Assembly (NCBI GenBank): GCA_946965045.2
Contig: OX337240.1
Coordinates: forward strand, 186,001 to 250,000
Source of the DNA: Epithemia pelagica
Lineage: Eukaryota > Protista > Bacillariophyta
Reading direction: 5' to 3'
Length of the DNA: 64,000 nucleotides
The notes below the pieces were generated by a model. That model worked only from the letters and a program-made list of their open reading frames with translations, was not told where the DNA came from and ran no database searches. The position numbers and the translations under genes are program-made. Positions within the stretch are counted from its first letter, which is position 1. Each line of letters starts with the position of its first letter. Below are positions 43,726 through 55,097 of this stretch, piece by piece.

Positions 43726-45627
43726 TTAGCTGTGGATCCCCCATTCCTCCAGCTTCCCAGGAAGGAGAAGTCGGATCTTTTCCTTGAGAAAAGTCTCCAC
43801 TTGTCGTGCGCTCGCCCGTTTCTGGGGATCCTGTTCATGGCACATGTGCATTGCCTCGAATTTTCAATCGCCGAGAAACCACGCCAAGAAAACCACAAGT
43901 GAGTAGCGCGCGAGCCAAACAGCATCCACAAGTGTCATTTCACCTACTGAGAGTCAAAACGATTGGGTCTGTGATTGGGTCTGTGCTTTGCGAGATTCGG
44001 GCAGGAAGTTCCGGTCGTTGACCGTTCAGTACCATCTTTCCGACCTCGTGATGGTCTTTCACGTTCTCGAATTGTCGTTGGCGAGTCAGAAGTATATAGA
44101 AAAGGTTTCCAAGGGCATACACATCAACCTATATTAGAGTATGGCACATGATTCAGAAACAAAAGAATCCAAATATATACCGTATAGGGGGAGACACGTG
44201 AGACTCACCTTCTCCGTCTCTGGCAAGTAGCCGTATTCTTCCGGCGATCGCTCAATTCCACCATTCAGCTCATAGGTAAAGGGACAAACTTCTTGTGTTT
44301 CTGGATTCCAACGAAGAAACTGACCACGATTAAAATCATTGAGCTTGACTCTCCCATCGTCCACAACGACAAACTGGGAGGTTGCCAAATCGGTGTGAAC
44401 GACCGATGCTCGTCCCTCCTTGTCAATATTGTGAAGAGCCGACACTCCCAAGGTTGCTTGAATAGCTGGATATCATGACAATGATTGAGGATGATTTCTG
44501 AGAGTGCTGTCATTGGTGAAAACATACGTACCGTATCGCACAAAGTCTGTAGGGATTGTGGTTACTGACTTTGTTTCGTTCACTGTCTCCTTTTTGTTGG
44601 AGAAAATAATGTCATCCATGGAACCCTGGGAGGCAAACTCATAGATTCCAGAAGATGCACAAAAGACGTAAATGTCCAATATCCAAGGTGACACTGTCAA
44701 GTGTTCCATGACCATGGCGTCGAGGCGATTTCGATCCAAGTTCCGCGGTGAAAACATGTGTTTGGCTCGTTGCGTCTTGAGAACAACCTGTTCCACAGCA
44801 GTATTGTTTTTATGGTCATTATTGGCGGCATGGGAATGGAATTGTACGCTCCAAACATCGCGTCGATATCCATGATTGATCATAGACATGGATAAGATAC
44901 CGAGATGGAAAGGTGACGAACCTACACTCATGCCCAGTTCATGGATCGCATTGCAATTCGGTTTGGAATCGAGTTGCCAAGGATATTGAAATTTACAGGA
45001 TTCAGTTTCCGGAAATGATACGGACTGATCCTCATAGTCTTTTGAATTTTCCAGCATTTGTTGCTTTGTTACACTTGTCATGGGTCGTACCAGTCTTTGG
45101 CTTGGTAGGTCGTTCTCGACTTGTTGTGGTGGCGAGTATGGAAGACTGTCTGGAGTGGACACTATTTGAATCACCCTTGGAAATACCCGTGATGGTTTTG
45201 GTGGGGAATGAACCTTTCTTGCGAGCGTACTATTTGTCGGTCGTTCTATTGGCAATCGTAGCATCTGGGGCTGTTGTTGTTGTTGTTGTTGGGAGACTTG
45301 TGGTGGTTTCGAGCCGGTAGAAGAGTGCCTCCAAAGAAGAAGAAGCATAATGGAAACGACCATGACAGTTACAGCTATACCTAAGGAACTAGACTTGAGG
45401 TAATAGCGTCCCCGGTGCCTCGCAATCTTGGCCTGTTTCTCATCCTCCTCCTGCTGCTGTCGTTCAATGCTTGTGGGTATTCGCCCGAGCCGTTTCTTGC
45501 CGTTGTGGCGGTGTTTCGTCCATGATAACTTAGGAAAGGCTCTCTGTGAATCGCTCCTTGTTCCGAGTCTCTTGACGACGGTTCGATTGCCGGAGCCTTT
45601 GTTCTTGTTGCTCGATTCCATGAGCAT
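43726..45627 (-). CDS. Membrane-anchored protein kinase-like protein (PKDCC/VLK-like), copy 1, multi-exon
   Basis: N-terminal TM (IAVTVMVVSIMLLLLW); VVLKT; HTDLATSQF, KLNDFNRG, RSPEEY, YALGN and DPQKRASARQV; stop at 43726-43728. Confidence 0.75.
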
Positions 45628-46771
45628 CCACTCTTCTGGCTATTCAACATTCAACAATCTGGGTGTTCCGTTCTGCAGGTTGCATCGGAAGTTCCGCCTA
45701 GATAGCAGATGGGGACAGAACGCACAAAGAACGACCCATCGCCATCGTCAGAGAGATGTCTCTACATGTACTGTGGACTGGGGGGTAGCTTGTCGTTCCT
45801 TCTGCATGTCGACCAAACTGATCGCTCTATAGTCGCACTACAGTCGTGTAAAAATCTGGAAAGCTCTACTATTGTATAAGGGTATGGTCATGTTACGCTA
45901 TGGGTGCGAATGGACTGACGTTGGAGGGACGTCAGTTGATAAGTGCCAAGTGATGTGCGTCAGGAAAATGACCTGTTGCACTTGGAAGATTCCCCCAGGT
46001 TCCGATTGCGCCCGGCGGCAATTGGGAACTTCCAACACTTGCTAGAGCGACCAATCGTTCCATGCGTTTCCTTGTCGTCGTCGTCGTCATGTTGTGAATC
46101 CATTGATATAGTTAGTGATGATGAGGACGAGGACCGAAACGACATTCTGCTGTACATGAGAGTTCCAAGAAACGCCAACGAACAAGAGAATTGAAACTGT
46201 ACCACAATACCAACGTGTCCAAGCCATATTCCGGATCCTTTGATACGGCAAACGAGAGGACAATCGTCCGTTTTGTGGCGTCCTTTTACAGTCTACTAGA
46301 TAGAAGACTACGATTGCTCGAGGCTCGCCATTCCAAGAACAGGGGATTCCTTCCGAAAAACAAGTCTAGCGAGTGGAGGCCATTCGATTGTTCCTCCACA
46401 TTTCTTCTTTTTCTACTATTCTCTAGTAGAGGTAGAGAGAGCCTCGTTCTCTTGGGGATCCACGTTCGCCGAGCCTCCACCAGGCTCCAATTCCTCGCAA
46501 GAGCTCACAAGACAACGAGAACCAGAAAGTAACATGAGCACAGCTGTGGTGCCACCACAACCACAAATGGGTCAAGTAAGAATCCACAAATGGGTCAAGT
46601 AAGAATAAGTGATGGCCTAACAAACATTCCAAGAATTTGATTCACGTTTTAAATTACTTTAAATGACCAACCTGACGTTGGAGCACTGTTGTGATTGACA
46701 TCGTTCGAATTCTGTTATTAGATGGCTCACTTACACTTACGAAAGGTCGTCGGTGTCCATTCCTAGTATCG

Positions 46772-47131
46772 TCAACACGCTTCCAAGCAGCCACTACCCT
46801 TCTTGCCCTTACCCTTCTTGCCATCGCCGATTGGCAATTCTCGTGCCTTCTGCGAGGACAGATCTCGTTCCTGCGAGGAGGGAAGAGCATCCATCATGGA
46901 ATCTTCAGCATCCAAGCCGGCATGGGCAGTCGTCGAGGACTCGAGAAGGCGCTTCTGGGGAAGACGGACATGCATCTGTTGAGCATCGACAACAAGGGCC
47001 ACGAGAACAACGACCGCCATGAAGGACAACATCTTGAAACCAAAACGAACAGGAAAGAGACTCATGATGATCTTCTTGTGCTCGACTTGTTTTGTCTTGG
47101 AGGAACTGGTATGCAAAAATGAGCTTTGCAA
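46772..47131 (-). CDS. Small secreted RXL-motif, Lys/Gly-rich peptide precursor
   Basis: Hydrophobic signal-like MLSFMAVVVLVALVVDA; RLL, RDL and REL motifs; GKKGKGKKGSG tail. Start codon uncertain. Confidence 0.55.
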   Translation of the reverse strand: MQSSFLHTSSSKTKQVEHKKIIMSLFPVRFGFKMLSFMAVVVLVALVVDAQQMHVRLPQKRLLESSTTAHAGLDAEDSMMDALPSSQERDLSSQKARELPIGDGKKGKGKKGSGCLEAC

Positions 47132-47266
47132 AATTGTGTGAATGTCAAACGCAGTGGTTCTGCGGGGTCTTAAAAGTTTGAAAAGATAGAAAAGATCTTT
47201 GGGCCTCCTTGAAATCTTTGTGAGGCCACCAATTATTGCTCATCCACCGGTCATCCTACGAGATAA

Positions 47267-48645
47267 CCCTCGGTATCAGTGTCCACTGCTTAGCTGTTTT
47301 TTGTCTGTGCCACCTTCACAGGTTCCCAAGTGGACACAGACAGCATTTTTCGCTTTTGATGCAAATAGAAATTATCAAATTGCAAATTGGCACGCATGCC
47401 CAGCTGAATTTTTCGACGTTCGAAACGGACGCAAGCCCAACAAGTGTCCCCTGCGTGGATGACGGTTGGTTGTTGCATAATTCGGGGCAAGCTCACATTC
47501 TCTTTTCTTTTGCCAAAGCACATCGTACTTACTACTTACGAATGTTACTGGCTTTCCAGGTGAGCTTGATCCATTGCCAATTGCCATGTTGTCAATGACA
47601 TCACTCATGCTCACTGCCACTTGCCACTTTTGTTTGCTCTGCTCGTGGGAGACGCTACTCATCTGTTTAGTCGCTGGGCAGCTCATTACTTGCCATTGTT
47701 CATTCTTGTCGAACAGAAATGACTGGTTTTTGCTGAGCGCCATAACTTTGATTGCATTAAAAAAACTCTATACTCTAGACATTCTTTTGTTTATTTACTA
47801 GTAGTAGAACGCCAGTGCTTGTCATCCATGAGACTTTTGAGCCTTGTGAATTCGTGAATTCGTTGCAGCTTTGTTCTTTGTTGTGAGCACGACGATGACC
47901 CTCAGTTTCGCTATGAAAACGCAACAGAACAGCTCTCACAAGCTTGTACCGCTCACTTTGAGCACTCTGTGTCGACTACCTAGGTAGGATATGATAATTG
48001 GTCAGTAGGGTGTGGCAAGATGGCTTCCCATCTATTTGATGCAAAAACAACAGCGTTGAGAAATGATTGAGAATGACGCTATGATGAGAGACGAGAGAGA
48101 ATAATCTATCCTATAGAGCATATGACGGTAGCCAAAAAACAATCAAACAACAAACGATTACGACAAGGAAAAGATATTCCAGTTGACATCTGGCGGCTTG
48201 TCATCTACTCGTACGAAATGAGACAAAAGTAAAGGATCATGCAAGAACAATAGGAAAGACAGCTGAAGCAGTGATGCGTGAGAAAAAGGGAAAAGAGACA
48301 ACAAGATAAGTAATAAGCAGCAATAGAGAGAAACGGTTCAGTCCAGCATGATCCATCCATTGTTCTCACCTCACCCCCGTTATGGTCAAGCATTTGGCTC
48401 GGTTTTGGGTTTTTGTGACAGGTGTCGAGATGATGATGGATGCCTTAATGTGAATCGTGGTGACCCGGCGAGGACAACCACCAACCGTCAACTGTCACTT
48501 GCACGCTGGCCTTGCTTCAACCCTGAGGAATTTTAATGGTTAGACAGACAGACGAAAAACGAAAAATGCTGTCTGTGTCCACTTGGGAACCTGTAAAGGT
48601 GGCACAGACAAAAAACAGCTAAGCAGTGGACACTGATACCGAGGG
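47267..48645. mobile_element. Non-autonomous DNA transposon, piggyBac-like, 1379 bp
   Basis: 86-bp TIR (47267-47352 and 48560-48645) with 1 mismatch; CCCT...AGGG termini; flanks ATAA and ATAT; no long ORF. Confidence 0.75.
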
Positions 48646-49167
48646 ATATTGGGGCTTGCCATTTACCAGTATCCAGGTGGTTGTCGCCTGGTTTTTCCCA
48701 ATAGAGGAGATTGAGTACTTTCTCCATGTTCCATTTCCATAATACAAAAAATGAGGTCATCGAGTCCATCCGGTGACCTTCGCTGGTGAACGAAAACCTC
48801 CGACTGGGAGTGCAAAGAGTAGTCTTGTGTCGGAGGTCGGAGGAATGCCGGCTGCACCGTACAATAGATATACGAGTATGACTGGGTGGGGGTTGGTGGG
48901 GGTTGGGGGTTGTGGTTGGGGTCAATACCGTGCAACTAATATACTCGTAGTGCGACTGCTTGGGGCAGGATTTTGTGTTGGGGAAAAGAAGGAAGATAGA
49001 GGTGCAATTGTTCCAATCCAAAGTGGATCTTTCCACCAACCAAGAGAAAAGATAGAGAGAGACGAGGACAACGACGAGCGTTGTGGAGTGAGCGCGAGAA
49101 GCACAACACAGTCTTTCCAAGAAGCAGAAGAAGCACAAGAGGAAGCAAGAGAAGAAGAAGAACAAGC

Positions 49168-52100
49168 ATGTTGGTCGAACCGTCGGCTCGAATGGCCGTC
49201 ACGGCCACAACGACAACGACGATAGCCGCGGCTGCTGCGTCTCCTTGCAACCAGAAGAACACCACCACTACTGCCGCTTCCTGGTTGGCCTGGCGAGTGT
49301 TGGATGTCGTCGTGTGGGGGACGTTTGTGACGGTGGCCATCACATCGTGGATGCATCATGTGGCCACACAGTATTGGGAACCGCAATTGCGGGCCGCCTG
49401 GTGGACCAAAGATCGACAAGCGTACGAATCCACCTATTATCCCCGTTCCTGTACGGCCGCCGAAATTTCCACACAGAATCCGGCCGACTTGTTCTTGCCG
49501 CCGCCCCTGCCGACAAGAACGACTGGCCGTTGTTCCATGGATCCTCACGGCTCCTATTATTATCACCATCAATTGCAACATGGCTTTAGTATGGTTCGAT
49601 CGACAATCTCCGAAAACACCATGCGAGGCTTGCGCAATCATGTGTTACAACGCAATCAAGAGATTGGCAAAACCTACTCTGTCTTGGAAAACGAGCATCG
49701 GTACAGTTTTGGATTGGATACGACCGTGCCCATTGTCGCACAAGCCGTCATGGAATTGACCAATCACCCGCAATTGACGTACGTATAGAGAGTGTCAAGT
49801 GTTGTGTTGTATTGTGTTGTGTTGTGCAATCTGTGCGCAAGGGGTGATGTCGTCCTGCTTGTCTGGAGAGAGCGCCGAGAATGTGCCGTTGGGGGTTCTG
49901 TTGTTTTGCCTGACAACAATGACCAAAGACTCTTACTTTCCTTGTTGCACTTTCTTGCTACTGGTCTTGTGTATGGTTGTGCGCATGTCTTTCTTTGTTG
50001 GTTTTGTCGTTTCTCGATTCTCTGTGTCGTTCTTGTAGGGAATTGGTACGTCAAGTCATGGGACCGGATCCTGCCCTGGTGGAATTGACGGCCATTACAG
50101 CCACATACGGTGCCACGGATCAAGAGTATCACAAAGATGTCAGTCCCGAGACCTCCGCCTTGCAATATGGACGAGCTTTTAATCCCTTGTGGAGTATTTT
50201 TGTCCAATTGCAAAATACGACCGCCGTCATGGGTGCCACGGGCGTTTGTCCCGGCTTGCACTATTGCAGTCGCGGCGATCATCAAAGCCTGTGCGAAACA
50301 CACGGCTATCCAATGGTGGATCCCACGACCGGCTATTGGCGTGCCGGTGATGCCTTGCTCATGAGTATGAATTCCTTTCATCGCGGACCGGCCCACAACG
50401 ATCCCAACGGAGTGGATCGGGTCATGCTGATCTTGACCTTCACACCGCAACCTCGATACCATCACCCCGAATCGCGACAAATTTCCCAAGGCTCCACCAT
50501 GTGCCTGTGACATGATTCGTGGGTAGGTAGTATTGGATTGGTTGGTTCGACTTGGACTCTCTCTGTCTTTCTCTCAATCCCTGACCCCATGTCCGTCCAT
50601 TTTGGTTTGTTCTACTTTTATGACAGGGTCATACGTGGAAGGATTTGCAACAGGCGTCCACCTATATGCAATTTCCTTGGAATTGGTTGCGTTCCTACGG
50701 TTTGTACAATGCCAAACTCAACAAGGCTGAGTGGGGCTACGATTATTTGGCCAATTTGGCCTTTCGCATCACCAACGATGAAAATTTTTACAATGCCGAT
50801 TATTTGGAGGAAAGGCAAGAAGAAGGCAAACTCTTGCCCTTTGTACCCCAATGGTTGCATCCCAAGCACTTGACAGAAGAGGAATTGGGCCATGAATTGG
50901 CCTGGATGATTTACTTTCAAGCCACTCTGAAACGAGTCCATCAGTTTACCTCCATGTGCGCAGCCAGTGCCATGGTCCTCTATGTCCTGGTCTATACGCT
51001 CTTGGGAGGAAGTGGCACCAGTGCCAATAACAACAACAAGAACAAGAAACCGACGCGTGGATGGCAACGCGGTATTCTTCAGGTCAGTGTCATGGTCGTG
51101 GTGGTCTATTCCGGCTGGTCGGCGGCGCGTCACCATGTGGATGGTACCTTGTGGGCCCGCAACATTCGCCAACATCGCTTGTACACATCCGTCTTGAACA
51201 ATGAGGCAAACTTTACCGATATTGTCAGCAAGGGTTGGTCGACCTTTCCCACACGCTCCGATGTCTTGCTCGAGTATCGACTGGGCGGATCGCATTATTT
51301 GGGCATTGTCAAGGATTTGATTGACCAGGGACATTATGGCAATCGTCAGTTGAATCGACTCGTGGAAGCCTTTGCTGTCCACGACCGTGGTGTGGGGCGC
51401 AACCCTTCGGCCATGGTCTGGATGGTACGTGACACCGTGGCGAATTGGATATATCAGACACTGCGTCATGGGCAAGACACGGGAGAACCCGCACGATTTT
51501 TGCAACAAGGACGGGGTGGCCGATGGATGCTCCAGAGTCACACACAATCCTTGGAGTTTGTGTCGCATCGACTCGTAAGTCGTGCAATGTATCCCGTCTT
51601 GCATCGGTTGCTCCGCGAAACCATGGAACCCTTGTTGTCGGAATGGCGGTTTGGCGTGTATCGAACCACGGCCATGGCCTATCGATATGCTGTACCAACC
51701 TTACTGCAACTTCAAGAACGGCTCCGGACGACAGCCATAGAAACAGCCAATCAAGCCTCGACTCAGTATCTCCTTACCAAGCCATCGACAGAGTCGGCCC
51801 AATCGTCGTCGTCGTCGTCGTCTGCATCTGCATTGTCATCCATGGTTCGTCCCATGCCGGATCATTTGCAGGTAACCCCTGATTGTTCCGCCTTGGATAC
51901 GATGGACGAAACATCGTTTCCCACGAAAACGACCTTGACAGTTGGACAACGGCGGTTTGTCGTGCCAATGATTCCAGAACAAGAGATTGCATTGGGCAGT
52001 CGTCATGCCGTGTCACCCTCTCCGGTTTCCATGGTGGCTCGCATGTCCAACCCCTTCAAGACACCAATCCGAGAACCTTTGAGAAATGCCTGGTTGGTAT

Positions 52101-52543
52101 CCGGTTCGATTGCACAAATTCGACAAGGCGAATATTGGTACATGGGTGTGATTACCGATGTCTATGCCGATGCTTATTACCGCATGGATATCCCAACCGT
52201 TTTTAAGGAATTCGAAGTGGGCAAGGTTCGGCGCTTTTATCCACCCTCCTTGGTGGGAGAAATCATTCAAGTCCGTTTTAAAACAGCTGGCAAGGAGCAA
52301 GACCAGTGGGAGTTTGAAGATTGTGTCGTGATTGCTGCCCACTTTGATCGCACTCATCCAGACACGAAGCAGTACTATTACCGTCGAGGAACATGGTTGT
52401 ACACAGTAGAATTTGAGGATGGGGAGGTGTTGGACAAGGTTCACTTGAGTGACATTCGACGTCTCGTCTCGGTGGAAGAGCAGAATGCCGCGAAGCAAAC
52501 TCCTCCCGTCCAAGAACGAGCTCCAGCGTACAGTAAATTATAA
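49168..52543 (+). pseudogene. Dioxygenase + TM + Tudor-like protein, copy 2 (one nonsense codon)
   Basis: Frames are intact where copy 1 is shifted, but TGA at 50508-50510 replaces the CGA of copy 1 (39137-39139). Confidence 0.7.
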
Positions 52544-53220
52544 GAATGATCTCAAGTGGTTGTATATCTCTACCTTTACAACCAGAAACACCAAACGAGA
52601 GAGTGTGTGATGGTGGGATTGCGCAAACGAAGTAGTAGTTGTTGTTGAAGTATAAAGTATAGTCGCAGAACCATGTGTATATCGCGTATAGAGCGAGCCA
52701 GTCCGTCAACGACTATCGCGTTAGACCTCAGAGACGACCCTTTGACCGACCAAGGTCCCAACAGGCCAACAAGTCGGAGAGTCAAACACCATCTATAGAG
52801 GAGAGGAAAAGCTTCTGCATTGGGAGAATCAGGAAGTCTTCGAGCGCAATAATCAATAGTCATAATGGCTTGTCATTTATCCATGGTTGTCGTCTGTTTT
52901 GTCCCAATAGGAGAGAGAGCTTCACCAGCGAAGAAGACCATACTTCTTCCAGGGCTCCGGCGGAACCAAAAAATGAGACCGCCATCCGACCCATTCATTT
53001 GAGATGTTGCCGCACGCCGCACGCCGCACGCACCCCTGGCCCCTGGGTGACGCCGACCGGCGCTCTGTCTGTCCATCGACCTCAATTGGTCGCATTAAGG
53101 TCGCATCAGAGTCATCTCAAAAACACCCCAAAGAGATATTTCGGTGCATCGTCGTCATTCGGCATGATGCAGTATGGATTGTCAAGCAAGAGAGAATAGC
53201 AACAACCGAGAAAACTACTA

Positions 53221-54879
53221 TTGCAACCATCAATGAGGCCCTTGCACGACAGGCAGGATGAAGGACTGCCACAATCACCCAATGATGATTCCAGTACAGC
53301 AATAGCAAGTGTGAATCTGCAAGAGCCGTTTCGACAGGTCATTCAACAGGCCTTGCAACGACGACAAGACAAGGGAACCATGAGACGTTTGCATCAGCAA
53401 AAAGAACAAACGCAAGAAAATGACATTGATGGGATATCGGCAATCTCTACCAAGAGAAATTCCACCAGAAGAAAAAGACTACAACGCATTGATTTTTCGA
53501 GCAATGATTATTTGGGCTTGGCACACAGTGAAGGACAATATCATGCGGTCGAAGCTCGATATAAGCAAGCAGTGGCAAGGCTACAACAGAACGACACTCT
53601 AGATGCTACGGCACCACCCCTTACGGGTTCCACTGGATCTCGGTTGTTATCGGGCGATTCACGAGCCGTTCACGAATTGGAAGATTCCCTCAAATCAATG
53701 CACAATTGCTCGGCGGCCTTGATTTGCAACTCAGGGTACGATGCCAATTTGTCACTCTTGTCCACCTTGCCCTGTCAAATTGTCTTGTACGATGAACTGG
53801 TACATAATTCCATTCACATGGGGTTGCGATTGTGGCAGACACAACAACAACAGCAACAACCGGCTTCTAAACAAGAAGGAGGAGGAGAATCCTCACCCCC
53901 AAAGTGGTCGCAATCCTTTCATCACAATAGCGTTTCAGATTTACGCGCCAAACTGGAACGCATTCGCCAGCAAGAAGAGGAGGATGGCAACAAGCAACAA
54001 CCGAGAACGACGACGATTATCATTGTGGTGGAAAGTGTGTATAGTATGGATGGCGATGTCGCTCCCTTGGCGGAATTTCTTGAAGTCGCACAAGAGTATC
54101 AGACCATGATGGTCGTTGACGAAGCCCATGGATTGGGAGTCTTTGGACGATCCGCACCATCCATCAAGGCAACAACCACCACCACTCAACGAAAGGAGGT
54201 GCCCATTCGGGGGACAGGCGTCTTGGCCGCCTTGAATTTGGAACGTCATCCAGCCTTGCTCGCCAGTGTCTTTACCTTTGGCAAGGCCGCCGGGTGTCAT
54301 GGAGCAGTCTTGTGTGCGACTCATGACACAAAGCTCAAGGAATATTGGATCAATTTTGCCTATCCCCTCATTTATTCCACGGCCCTACCCTTGCACAGTC
54401 TGGTGACGATTCAAGTCGCCTATGAAACCATGACCACAACAGAGTCTCGCAATGTATCACTTCAAGAACAATTGCAAGACAAAATTACCATGTTTCGATC
54501 ACTCTTGATTCCCATCTTGGAGGACCAAGAACAAGAGGGCGCTCAGTCGTCGTTGTTACCCAAAAAAAAGTCCCAATCACAGCCACCAGCAAAGGAACGA
54601 CTCGTGTGGTTGCAACCGTCCAATAGTCCTATTCAAGCCTTGAGGATTGCGGGTGGAGCGACGGCCTGTACCAGCTTTTGTCAACGCGTCGCACGGCAGT
54701 CGCAAGGCCACATTCAATTGTTTCCCATTAAAGCTCCGACCGTTCCAGCGGGACAAGAACGCATTCGAATCGTCCTCCATGTACACAATACGACGGCTCA
54801 AATCCAATGGTTGGTTCAAGTGTTGCAAACAGCCATTCGACAAGAATATCAGCAACGACAACAGCGATCCAAACTGTAG
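53221..54879 (+). CDS. bioF: 8-amino-7-oxononanoate synthase, copy 2
   Basis: Same motifs as copy 1 (TFGKAAG); intact 552-aa ORF. Confidence 0.92.
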   Translation: MQPSMRPLHDRQDEGLPQSPNDDSSTAIASVNLQEPFRQVIQQALQRRQDKGTMRRLHQQKEQTQENDIDGISAISTKRNSTRRKRLQRIDFSSNDYLGLAHSEGQYHAVEARYKQAVARLQQNDTLDATAPPLTGSTGSRLLSGDSRAVHELEDSLKSMHNCSAALICNSGYDANLSLLSTLPCQIVLYDELVHNSIHMGLRLWQTQQQQQQPASKQEGGGESSPPKWSQSFHHNSVSDLRAKLERIRQQEEEDGNKQQPRTTTIIIVVESVYSMDGDVAPLAEFLEVAQEYQTMMVVDEAHGLGVFGRSAPSIKATTTTTQRKEVPIRGTGVLAALNLERHPALLASVFTFGKAAGCHGAVLCATHDTKLKEYWINFAYPLIYSTALPLHSLVTIQVAYETMTTTESRNVSLQEQLQDKITMFRSLLIPILEDQEQEGAQSSLLPKKKSQSQPPAKERLVWLQPSNSPIQALRIAGGATACTSFCQRVARQSQGHIQLFPIKAPTVPAGQERIRIVLHVHNTTAQIQWLVQVLQTAIRQEYQQRQQRSKL

Positions 54880-55097
54880 TCCGTCACGATGCAACAAGAC
54901 ATGCTGTTGATATCAATTTCGATCTCTTCTTTTTGCAGGATCGGACTCATCTCTGCGGACGACATTCCTCGAGATTGGAACCGATTCGCTAGCTATCGCT
55001 TCCGATTTCCTCTTCCTAGTAAAAGCGTATCGATGGCTTTCGGGTCTTGTCCAACACTCCGTATAACTTTGTCGGTGTTATCGTATCTTCAAGAGAT

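Larger units (their letters stand above)
37511..45870 (+). repeat. Segmental duplication, copy 1 (~8.36 kb)
   Basis: Co-linear and highly similar to 48876-57253, from gtatgactgggtggggg to ggaaagctctact. Confidence 0.97.

Noticed and set aside
46561-46606. 23-bp perfect tandem duplication (ccacaaatgggtcaagtaagaat x2)
   Set aside because: Ordinary slippage duplication in non-coding DNA.
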